From: Pseudovirgaria hyperparasitica
Lineage: Eukaryota
Direction: 5' to 3' (one strand)
NCBI GenBank assembly: GCA_010093815.1
Contig: ML996574.1
DNA: 64,000 nucleotides
Shown: in pieces, positions 27,661 to 38,775 of the stretch
Layout of the letters: every line of letters begins with the position of its first letter
Position numbering within the stretch: the first letter of the stretch is position 1
The notes under the pieces: generated by a model
The model's input: only the letters and a program-made list of their open reading frames with translations
Databases searched by the model: none
Told to the model about the DNA's origin: nothing
Made by a program: the position numbers and the translations under genes

Positions 27661-28082
27661 AGCAATGACAAGGATGTATATTAATATATAGTGCGCAGTC
27701 TTGAGCTACCACACTCTCTTTATACAAGTGAGTTCCGGAGCTTTAGTGGGCGTGAGGTAACTGTTGATATAACAGCAAAATAAATCTTGGTGCCTAGAAT
27801 TGGCCAAGTAGATAACTTATGGCGTTTGACTTACTTGAGTCTTGAGCCTAGTGATAATTCCGGAATGGTACATAATTGGTCTGTGCGTTAGTGGACCCTG
27901 AATATCGAGTTGGACTGCGATGCGATGTTCGAAAATGAGTTTTTTTGTAGGCCGACATTGAACACTAATTAAGGCACGCCGTCAAATCCGTCAAAATACG
28001 GTCCATAATTCCCCTTTTAAGGCGTGCCTCTGTGTCGCTCATCGACATTTGCCTACCATTTCCTAAGATTTTCGAAGCGGTC

Positions 28083-29741
28083 ATGAACAACGCCGTGGGG
28101 GCCTCCGCCGTCATGAATGGCGAGAAACCTTCAAAGACAAGACTACGTGGAAGAGCTTTCTACGAAAGCTTAGGTAGTCCCAAATACATCTTGGCGCCGA
28201 TGGTCAACCAGTCGGAGTTTGTGAGTGTATCGAACATGGATTCAAGAGCGAGGGACTCATACGCATAGGCCTGGCGAATGCTCACGCGGTCATTCATGTC
28301 TCCCGGGAAACAACACGAGCTTCTTGCATACTCGCCGATGATGCACGCAAGACTATTTGCAGAAGTTACAAAGTATCGGGCCACGAATTTCCTCCCGACA
28401 AGGACCGCTATACCTTCTCCTCCAGAGCCATATGACGGGAAGCCGGTGCAAGAAGATGACCTGTTCCTAGATGGGAATCCCAAGTTCGATCGACCACTAT
28501 TCGTACAATTTTGCGCAAACGATCCTGACATACTATTGGCGGCTGCACAGCACGTACAACCATATTGCGACGCAGTGGACTTGAATCTGGGTTGTCCACA
28601 AGGAATAGCTAAGAAGGGGCACTATGGAGCTTTTTTACAGGAGGACTGGGACCTTATCGCGAGGATGATCAGGAAGCTAAACACAAACCTGGATATACCC
28701 ATCACGGCCAAGATGAGGATTCTGGAAACAAAGGAGAAGACGTTGGAATACGCTAAGACAATTATAGAGGCTGGTGCCAGCATTCTCACTGTACACGGCC
28801 GACAGCGAGATCAAAAAGGTCACAACACTGGGCTTGCAGATTGGAGTGTTATCAAGTACTTGCGCGAGCAGTTACCCGCTGATACTGTCATGTTCGCAAA
28901 TGGAAACATACTCCAACATGGCAACATAGACCAGTGCTTGCGCGAGACTGGCGTTGACGGCATCATGAGCGCTGAGGGTAACCTATCTGACCCAACAATC
29001 TTCTCAGAGCCTCCTCCAATAGGTCAGGAAAGTCGAGAGTATTGGAGAGGCAAGGATGGCAAGGGTGGCTACCGAATGGATGCTGTGATGCGGAGGTATA
29101 TTGACATACTCTACAAGTATGTTCTTGAAAGGGAACCGCCAGAACGCCTACCCTTGTTTGTACCTTCCGATGCACCGTCAAGTGACAAAGTTGAGGAGAT
29201 TAACGGCAAGGTGGAAGACGCCAGCTCAGAGGGTCCGCCTCGAAAGAAAGCAAAGGTTGATCACGTCCGCTCAAAAGCACCACGAGACCTAAATCCCAAC
29301 ATGGTCGCTGTTCAGCCGCATCTCTTCAGCCTTCTGAGGCCCTTGGTCTCCGTTCATCACAATGTGCGCGATGCGTTAGCTCGTCACCGGCCCGGCGACT
29401 TGGACTCGCTTGAGAATGTGTTGACTTTGGTTGAAGCGGCTGTCAAAAAAGGTCTCGTGGAGTATGAGCATGATTCGGCGAAGGAGCCCCAAAAACTTAA
29501 CGAGAGCGACGCTATTGGCAGGTGTAGACGACCTTACTTCATATGTCAACCATATATTCGTCCTCTACCCGCCGAAGCGCTTGCTAAAGGCAGTATGCAA
29601 TTGAGTAAGAAAGAGAAGAAGAGGCGGGAAGAGGAAGAGGCAGAGCGGAAGCGACTGGAGAAGCACACCACTCAACCTGAAAAGCCGGAGCCGACACGAA
29701 ACGAAGCAGGTACAGTACAACAGAGTGCTGTATACGGATGA
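28083..29741 (+). CDS. DUS1: tRNA-dihydrouridine(16/17) synthase
   Basis: LRGRAFYESLGSPKYILAPMVNQSEF|AWRML (intron 28221-28268), DRPLFVQFCANDP, DLNLGCPQGIAKKGHYGAFL, TVHGR, ANGNI, GIMSAEGNL. Confidence 0.95.
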
Positions 29742-31337
29742 ATGAGATGTCGACCCAAACATATGAATGTAACGTGCGGCCATACCGTGTACAGGTCAGA
29801 TATTGCGGCCTTACACGACTTATCGACCGATTGTGTTCGATAGCAGCGATGACATCCCTCGATGCAAACCCCGAGAAACCGTCAGGAAATCAAAATGGCG
29901 ACTCTGGGCTCCCTGATGAGTGAGCTCCCAAGTCCCAACAAGATTGAGCCCTACCTACGCATCGCATAAGAAGAATGTGTTTGTCAGACATCCCATAGTC
30001 TGCACACACCGTCCCAGCCAGCTCGCCGATCGAGTCCGGACAAATGCCATTCTCTGTTCCCTGATGGACACGATAAAAGTGATAGTGGCACGAATAGTAT
30101 AGTGGTAGTAGGACTCGAAGAAGCAACTACCTCAGTGTATACAATGAAATCTTTCTAAGCCAAGCGCAACTCACAAAGTTCTAGTATACTTCCATCGTGC
30201 TCCCATTGGTACTACCCATATCCACACTGTGGTCCATGATATCGCAGAGACTGACACTACGGATTCCCGCCCTCGAGGACAGGATTCCGGTATAAGGCAT
30301 TGCACCGCTGTGACGGAACTGTATGGCAATCCCGACTATTGGTCTATTAGGTAGATTTCCAGTGTATAGTACTTATTCCGCACACGCCGAGCAGCCGCCA
30401 AATTCATTTTCCTTCCGAGCCGACAACCTGCTTTGCCCTGCTCTGCCAATCACGACTCGCTTCCCTAACACGCCTCACCTCACATTCACATTAACATTAT
30501 CCCGAGGTATCTATGTCTCGCTCTGTCATCAACACTGTTCATAATATAATATGCATTGTGCCTTATACCGCGTGCCCTATGCCCTGCGTGTCTCTGATCC
30601 AGGGGAGGAATAATCCCGTCACCACACACCCAACCACCACGTGCACGCGCACACGCACACGCGATATCGGGATCACCATCGGAATTTCAACAGCGCAGAG
30701 AGATAAGAGACGTTATACAACACATGCGCCTCGCTCCGGACCCGACCTACGTAGCTTAGATCCGATCCGATCATCTTCCATCATCTCCGACTTAGATCCA
30801 TTCCCGGCTTGTTCATATGTTCCGATTTACTTATCGCTTGTTAGCTGCCTTGCCTTGCATATATCCGCCCGCCCTCTGCAGTATGTCCTTGTGTTGTTGT
30901 AGGGTGCAGACATGGAGATGATAAAGCTGTGTGCCCCGCTTTTGCGGCTCGGTCCGCTTCTAGTTTGGTGTGGGGTGTATGCAGGTGGTGTGTGGGAGTG
31001 GAGTGGTAAGGTGGTGTGGGATGTGGAGTATGGTGCTGTAGGGCAGGGAGTTGTGGGTATGTGGATACGGATTAAGTCTAGTAGAGATGTATGTATATGA
31101 ATATAGAGAAGAGAAATTAGAATATGTATTATTATCATTACTAAATACCATAATCTAGATGTTAGCGTGTACGTGAGTACGACTGTGTAATGTCTAAGCA
31201 AGAAGACGAAGGGTATAATAAAGTCGAACGACCAACGCAGTCAGAAACAAAAGCTCCCCACCAAAACAAGAATCAACTCCTTCCCAATCAAAAACACCCC
31301 CTCAACCTCGCGACAAATGACAACAACAGCAAAGACC

Positions 31338-32146
31338 TCAACACACGCCCATGTGATAAACATCAGTGGGATCCTTCGGAATAACACCCGCATCAACAGC
31401 CTGCGTATAGCTCCAGCGATAATCATGCCCGCGCTGCGTCTTCCACGTCCAAAACACCCACCCCATCGTCTTCTCATAGCTAATCACCTGCGCCGCCCAC
31501 CACTTCGCATAAAAGTCCTTGTTATCCTCGTAGTCAAAGTCATCGCTCGTCTCGACCACGTCGGTCGGATCGATGCTCCACTCGCCCACCATAGCCGGGT
31601 CCTGGCCGTCGCTGTTGGGCACCTCGTTGCAGCTGCGGTTCAAGTATGCCTCCTGCGTGGTGTCGAGCGCCGGGTCGAAGCGCGGGTAGATGTGGTTGTC
31701 GTAGGCGACGAAGACGCGGTCGGCGGGGAGGGCTTCGTTGGGGTCCCCGGCGCGCCAGTTGCGGTCCATGTACTGGATGTGCAGGTAGTTGTTGGGGGTG
31801 ATGCCGAGGGCTTGCTCGCGGTCGCGGATGGCTTTGTAGGCGTGTGGGTAGAATTCGGAGGTTAGGGTGGGATAGCCGCCGACGGGCTCGTTGAGGACGG
31901 CGAACATGCCGACGTTGCGGTAGGCATCGTTGGTGTGGATACGGGTCGTCATGAATTCGAGGAATTTGTAGGTGCGCCGGTAGTTGTATCTAGTGTAGAA
32001 GCCGGGAGTGGTGGTGTACTGTGTTTTTTTTTTTTTTTAGTTATTGGCATTGAATACGTTGTGTTTAGTCAGGATCTGTAATAACCTACCTGTCCTGTAA
32101 AGGGTTGGTTGCCAACCTGTGCACCTGGGGCGGCGTGTAGACAGAC
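31338..32146 (-). pseudogene. 3' part of a GH5 endo-beta-1,6-glucanase (GH5_15-like) gene, interrupted by the transposon nest
   Basis: Exon 32146-32090 (VCLHAAPGAQVGNQPFTGQ), intron 32089-32019 (GTAGGT..CAG), then YTTTPGFY...VLNEP (acid/base)...YDNHIY...VGEWS (nucleophile)...GWVFWTWK...WSY. The N-terminal part and signal peptide are absent because TE sequence begins at ~32148. Confidence 0.85.
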
Positions 32147-32147
32147 G

Positions 32148-33333
32148 TGAGTATATACAATCCGAATCTGTGCAATCTCAATCTGGGCCAAAATTTTAAT
32201 AGAGAATACAAGCTTAATCTACGACTTAAAATAATTACTAAGACGGTATAATCTTAATCTAATTAGCTAGATTAATTATATTAGATTAAATATATAGGTC
32301 CTAGATAGTAGATATTTAATAAGCTAACGGATATATAACTTGAGGCTCTATATATAGCTAAACTAGTCGATTTTAGTAGGGTTCTAGTAGTGAGTTTCTT
32401 AATATACCTAACTCTATATTATAAGGGAGTTTATTTACTAAGAGACATGTAACTTAAGGCCCTATATATATCTATATTAGGCGAATATAGATAGGTTCTA
32501 GGGTTAAGTTTAGTTGGTAACGTGAAATCTCTTTAAATCGGCTAGGTTTATAAGTTAATTATAGTTAGGGACGCGAATTAGGCGGATATACTATATATAC
32601 TATATCTACTAATATTAAATATTTCTAATATCTATTAATTACTACGCGTTTTTATCTATTCGGAGAACCTTAATTATTATCTTAATATGTCTATCCTATC
32701 CTTATCTACTACCTCTATTCTATTCTCGTTAACGATCTCCGTTAACGCTATAGAGTTACTAAATATACTACTAGTAGTATCTATTACTAGTAATACTCTA
32801 AAGATAGTACGTGCTTAATAAGATAACTTAGATAATACTACCTTCGACTTTAAGTTACCTAAAGGCTATAAGATAATTAATTAGACGCGTCTCCGTAGAT
32901 ATTATATCTCTATTAAGTATCTCTTATCTTACGGTAAGCTAAGCTAGCTATAGTATTATAGGTATAGGGTTAAGAAGGAGAAAATAGGTCGAATCTTCTA
33001 GGTTTACTACCGTTATCACGATCTTAAAAAGCTTTATCTTATAGGTATATACTACGCCACTTAATAGACTTTAGCTACCGGCTATTATATAGATATTATC
33101 TATAGAATTATACGGGACGGAGTAGTTAATAATACTCCTTCTATTCTTTACCGACTCCTAAATAGGCCTAGTATTAGTTAAAGTACCGTAAACGCTATTA
33201 TTAAAGCTTACTATATAGATAAGTTCGCGAAGAAAGTGCTAAAATAGATTATATATAGTAACTACGCGCTAAAGGAGGTAGAGAACCCTTTCTTTATTAA
33301 GATAATTCAAGCTGCGAATCTATATACGGTAGA
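32148..33333 (+). mobile_element. hAT-superfamily DNA transposon, left end and 5' part of transposase, RIP-degraded
   Basis: The frame from ATG 32687 de-RIPs to ID(W)TRL..S(W)L(W).Y(G)YRV...F(W)V(C)(C)R(C)H (BED-type finger) and KFAKKVLK(W)I..SN.ALKEVENPFF..IIQAAN, typical of fungal hAT transposases. CAATC repeats lie near the left end. The exact TIR start is uncertain. Confidence 0.75.
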
Positions 33334-33573
33334 TATAAGGATTATAGACGTAGGATAGTAGTCTAACAGGTCATAGAAGGATTCGGGAATATATTTAAAA
33401 GGGTAGTCTACTCTTCTAACGAGGTTAATTTCTAAAGAGTAGAAATTAAGTATATACGGTCTACTTATATAGTAGTCTTACTTATTCTAGCTAGCTTAAC
33501 CTAGGTCTACCTATCACGGACCGTACTAGACTATAGTAGTCTAGTTAAGTCTATTCTAGTATTAGCCCTAATA
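33334..33573 (-). repeat. LTR of family A (copy 1, 3' LTR)
   Basis: Matches 48252-48492 and 56023-56263. Ends TATAAGG...CCCTAATA are the RIP form of TG...CA. Confidence 0.92.
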
Positions 33574-34060
33574 ATATTCTTCTTCTTTTTATACTTCGCC
33601 CTAAAGTACTTAGCTATATATAAATCTATAATTCTATAAGCGTTATGTTTATACGTGTATCTAATTAAATCTATATAATATTATTAATAGTCTTTATATT
33701 AGTAAACTTAAGCTCTAGTTTACTTTTATTTATATACGCGCTTATCTCTTACTTTATAGCTACTACCTTAGAGGTAGCTCCGCGGGTTATATAACCGCTA
33801 TATTAACTAAGCTTATATTTAGTTCTCTTATTCTAAATTTTCTTCTCTAGTATATCCACCTTACTCTTAAGGTAAGTCGTTAATTTATATACTATCTCCT
33901 TTAGTTTAGATCCGTTCGGGTCTAGAGTAGTCTATTTTTATTAGAGCTAGTCCTATATAATCTATTCGCGTTATTATAGTTACTAATTTAGCTTCTTTAA
34001 TTGCCTTTAAGGCTAAATAAGTATTCTACTCTTAGATCTCTAGCTAATATATATATATAG

Positions 34061-35371
34061 ATATCTAATACTAGTTCTATTCCTAAGCCTACCTCCTCCT
34101 CTCGTAAGACTTACTCTAAAGGGATTATCTCTACTCTAGCTATACCGGCTAAAAAATCCACTTATTATAGTAGTATAAAGGCGCGCTCTAAGTTAGAGAA
34201 GAAGGTAGCTAAGGCTACTACTACTATTATTATTACTACTAACGTGGCTACTAGTCGCTCTAATCTAGGTAATTCTAGTACTAGTGTTACGGAAGAGATA
34301 GCTATAGAGCCTATCTATATCTACTCGCGCTATCTATCTACTCTATCTCCTTTAGAGGATAAAGAAGATCTTATTATAGACGATAATTAAGAGTTTACGC
34401 CTTTACTACCTCGCTCTAAATACTATTCCTCTTTTCGGTCTAATATAGACCGACTTAGTCGCTCTAGGTCCTTTTAGGACCTTAATATTCGCTCTAAACC
34501 TAGCCCTAGTAATAATAAGGTCTAGGTCGCCGAAGATACTAAACGTAGTCACGGTTTACGCTATAGGAAAATGGTAAACTACGGTTTAATATACTTTAAG
34601 TATATTAAGGCTTACGCTACCGGCTCTAAATATCTCTTCCGCTCTAACTCTAGTATTAGCTACTACTCTACTAACCGCGATGGGTCTATACGCCTAATCT
34701 TTAAGCTCTCTACCCGCTACCGCTACTATACCGTCCTTAGTAAAGTTTATCTTTAGATAAGTCTATTAGACTATTTTAGTCTAGGGTAATCTAAAGTTAT
34801 CTATACTAATATATTTTTAGGTTTCTATTTATATATAAGATATATATAATGATCTTCGCGTCCGCGAGACTCTCGGCGGTTCTAGTAGTTATCTAGCTTC
34901 TATATATAGAGAGTTTAGGGAGCGCTATAAGCTCTTTCTAGAGGTTATTAAAGTATAAGTTTAGAAACCGTTAATTATTATTAATCTTAGCTTATAATTT
35001 TTAGTTACTACGAGATTCCTAGTACTTAGGCTACCTATTCTAGGGAGTTGGTTTTAGCTACTAAGGCTATAGAAGAGATTTATACTATTTCTTTCTATCT
35101 ACCTTATACTACTAACGGGTCTTATAAGAGATCTACTAGTTCTCCTTCTAAGTTACCTCGTAAGAGGGTATATATTCTATTCTAGATTATTCTAGACTAC
35201 GTTAGCTAACTTTAGGTCTAGTCGCTCCGCTCTAGCGCTTAGTCGTTATCTTACTAGGCTCTAACCAAGCGTGTAGTTACTCTAGAGGATAAGGTCTCTA
35301 ACCTCTATTACTCTATTACTTAGTTAGTTCGTTTACTACGCTCTAAGAGTAATAATAAGATAGAGGAGTAG
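34061..35371 (+). pseudogene. Antisense spliced Zn-cluster-like accessory gene of Gypsy A1 (RIP-inactivated)
   Basis: Collinear with 48980-50283. ATG changed to ATA; in-frame stops are TAG/TAA. Includes ORF-track 34571-34756. Confidence 0.65.
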
Positions 35372-36147
35372 CTCTATAGCTCTATTTACTAGGGTTTCTA
35401 TATAGTATATATTAGCTCTATCTACCTAGTTTCTATCCGTTTTAGTCCTTTTTAGACCGTTTAGATATCTATCTACTAGTTTTCTAGTAATTTAATTCTT
35501 AACTTAATAATATTATATACGTTCTTATTTATTCTATAACTATTAAATTTTAGGTTCTAATTTCCTTTAAGTTACTTAAGTATAGGCATTATATATAAAT
35601 TAGTTTATCTCTCTAAATTATATTAGAGTACCCGAACTAGTAGCCTAGTAGTTATTAGTTTAGGTACTCTAACCTTTTATATTATATATTATAAGTTCAA
35701 TTCCGTAGTAGGGTACCTTTTTAGTTTCTTAGTCCTATATTCTTCTCGTATATAATAGTCTATATTAGTCTATTCTAGACTTCTCTATGTTATTCTATTA
35801 TAATATATTACGTCGCGTACCTATAACGGTTATTTACGTTTTCTTCGCGTTTAGTAACCGTATATTACTTAAATTATAGGGCTGCCTTATAGAGTTTTCC
35901 TAGTGTGCGTTTAGGATTCGTAATTTAATACTTCGTTCTCTACGGTATCCTTCTTCTTTTTATAACGGCCCTAACGGTACTAGATTTACGGTAGTAACGT
36001 GTTATTCTATAATCTCTATTTATATATAGCTATCGCGGTACTTAAGATATATACTATAGGTTTCTAGGTATTCTTATCCTTAGTATAGTTCTTCTAACGG
36101 ATTCGATACTTTTAGATACCGTTCTCGTCGAGTCTATATTCGATAAT

Positions 36148-36349
36148 TGTAATGGATATAACCAAGGTATTGCTATAATAGTAATTAAGATATATTATAA
36201 TTTAACTTAGAGAGAGTAGGGATAAGCCGTATGGTTATAGCTTTAAGTATAGTCTTAAGCGAGGTCACGTGATACCCCTATACTAGTCTCTATCTATCCC
36301 GGCTCCGTTATATAATACTAGAGATAAGGTAAAGCCGAAGTCTATAATA
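36148..36349 (-). repeat. 3' LTR of Gypsy B
   Basis: Direct repeat of 43785-43986. Starts TGTAATGG; PPT complement (ACCCTTATTCTCT) is adjacent. Confidence 0.93.
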
Positions 36350-36498
36350 TACCCTTATTCTCTAGGATTGTCCTAGGGACCGGCTTAGTATTTTATATAA
36401 TAATAACCGGCTCGGTTAGGTCTTAGATTTACGGTCTTTATATCGTACTATATAATAACTATAGGGCTATATATTCCTTCTAGTAAGGTAGTAGCTTT

Positions 36499-36915
36499 TT
36501 ATAGTAGCGTTCTAGTAGTTATATAGCGGAGATAGGTTCTTTATACTACGGCGTTATAGATTATTAGATCGTACCGTAGTAGTATATTATAGTTACGTTC
36601 TAGCGGTTACGTAGTAGAGATAGATTCCTTATATTATAGTATTATAGATTATATAATCATAAGATAGTAGAATCTTATAGTTATATTATAGCGGTTATAT
36701 AGCGGAGGTAGGCTCCTTATATTATGGTATACCGCGTCGTGTTATATGAAGGTAGGGTAGCCTATACACGAACCGCGCGTCCCATTTTATTATTATCCGT
36801 TTTAGGACTAGCTACTCTCTAGACTAGGGGTTATATAGTAGTAGTAGGGTAGCTTACGCACGACCCGCGTTTATTATTATTATTATCTATTTTAGGACCG
36901 GCTCTACCCCGGTCT
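36499..36915. repeat. Two internal tandem repeat arrays in Gypsy B (88-bp x ~2.6; ~92-bp x 2)
   Basis: Units start at 36499, 36587 and 36675 (TTATAG..CGTTCTAGCGGTTATATAGCGGAG..) and at 36752 and 36844 (GTAGGGTAGC..CACGA.CCGCG..TTTTAGGAC). Confidence 0.8.
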
Positions 36916-37049
36916 ATACGATTTTCCCTAACGTAAGTATATAGGTTCTATATCTAGCGACTTTCTTCTTCCTTAACTACCCTTACGTCTACTATCTTAA
37001 TACCGCGTAGTAGCTACTATAATATTAGTAAACTTATATACTACCTCAT

Positions 37050-38500
37050 AGCTTCTATACTATTATTATAAGCGCTCTAGGCCTAAATAGTCCTATTATA
37101 GAAGCCGGCGCCGTCTTGGCGGTAGCTATAGGTGCTAGAGGTTAAGACCCTAACGATTGTCGCGCGCCTAGGCGCTAGGAACCAGCTAATCGTACCGTGA
37201 GTAGGTCCTATCCCTACGCCGTTCCTTATACTAACTAGATAGACTATTCCTTCTACCGCACCCTAATAGACTAAGTCTATTTACTATATAGGGCTATATA
37301 TTATAGAGGGTAACTCGTTAGAAGACGAGCGTACCGAGTCCGTATACTTTATATATTATATATATATAAAGGCCCTAGAGAAAACTAGGGTACTTAGGTA
37401 TATGCCGTCTCTACGCCGTAGTAGCGCCTACTAATCTTAGAGTATAGCTATAAGCCTAGCCGTGGTACTAACTATATAAAGTACCACATGTTAAAGGGGA
37501 CCTACTTATAGAATACTAAGAAGCTCGCTATATACCCGGCCTTACGTAAGACGTAGAGTCGTCTTAAAAAGTTTATACACGAGTCGGTTAATAATAACTT
37601 TAGCTATATAACGGACTATAGTAGTCGCGGCCTAGACCTAATAAAGCCTTCGTCTAGTAAGTAGCCGCGTATAAACTCTAAGTTCTACCGTCTATATAAG
37701 GACTATAAGTCTAACTTAGAGATTATCTATATCGCGCGACGTAATACTAGTATTATTAGTTAGACTTCTATAACGCCTTATCGTGGCGCCATAACGTTAT
37801 TTAAGCCGCTATATTACGGTAGTAGTAACCGTGGCTAGATTAGTAGCGTGATTTACTAGATGAATTAGTATATATCCTATAACGAGGCCTAGATAGGTAA
37901 GCTATATACTAGTATTAGTACCTTATAGATATATAAGCTTTATAAGCCTAAATATCTATTCTAACGCGTAACGTAGGGTACTATATAGTAAGTCGCGTCT
38001 AGGTTAGCCCGCCTAGCGGAGCTACTATCTTACCGCCTTATTACTTAGGTAGTTATAGAGGATAAGGAGCCCTTATTAGGTAGTAGCTACTTACGCTAAC
38101 CCCGGCCCGTAGACTATAGAGAGTCGCCGACTCGGAGCTCTTACTATCACCCTATTAGGCCCCCCCGGCTCTCTATCGCCGCCCCTCCTTATAAGTCCTT
38201 ACTATCTTATTATTAGTTCTAGACCCCTCCTTACTACTATAACCGCTCCCGGTTCTACGAGCGTTATAGCCGGTCCCCCACCTACTATAATTAGTCTCCC
38301 CGCCATTATAACTAGTTATATAACTATTATAACCGGTTACACGACCGTTACTATCGCTTAGGTAGCTATCGGTACCGTTCCTATAAGAATCGTTAAGCGT
38401 CGCGCCGCTATCGGTCGCCGGTCTACCCCCGCTATAACCCTCCTATAGACGAGTATAACTCGCCCTTACTACCCGTCTAGATTAATAGCTACTATCGTTA
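37050..38500 (+). pseudogene. Antisense spliced Zn-cluster-like accessory gene of Gypsy B (RIP-inactivated; ends approximate)
   Basis: Intron-like segments at 37197-37242, 37398-37447, 37897-37976 and ~38049-38112, each with a GT donor, CTAAC/CTAAT branch site and TAG acceptor. The spliced frame de-RIPs to C-x2-C-x11-C-x7-C-x2-C-x6-C. Confidence 0.55.
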
Positions 38501-38775
38501 TTAGAAGACGGCCTAGAGGAGGACTAGATAACTAACCTTATATTAGAATTTGCGGATAAGGATAGTACCGGCCCCAGCGCCGTGTAAACCTAGGGTAGAG
38601 CTAGATAAATAACCTTTTTATATCTTAAGGCGGGTATCGGTTTATTATTAGGTTATACTAGGTACTAGCGTTCGGCGTTTATTTCTTTCTTTCCTAAAAT
38701 CTCTACTCTTATATTAGGTTATCGGGGCCGCTATAGGCCTATAATAGTAGAGTAATATTACTACTTAGGGATATG

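Noticed and set aside
32024..32038. T15 run as the poly(A) tail of a LINE at the TE boundary
   Set aside because: It lies inside GH5 intron 32089-32019; in-frame GH5 coding sequence resumes beyond it (32090-32146).
36499..36915. CRISPR-like array
   Set aside because: Eukaryotic context; whole units repeat with no unique spacers.
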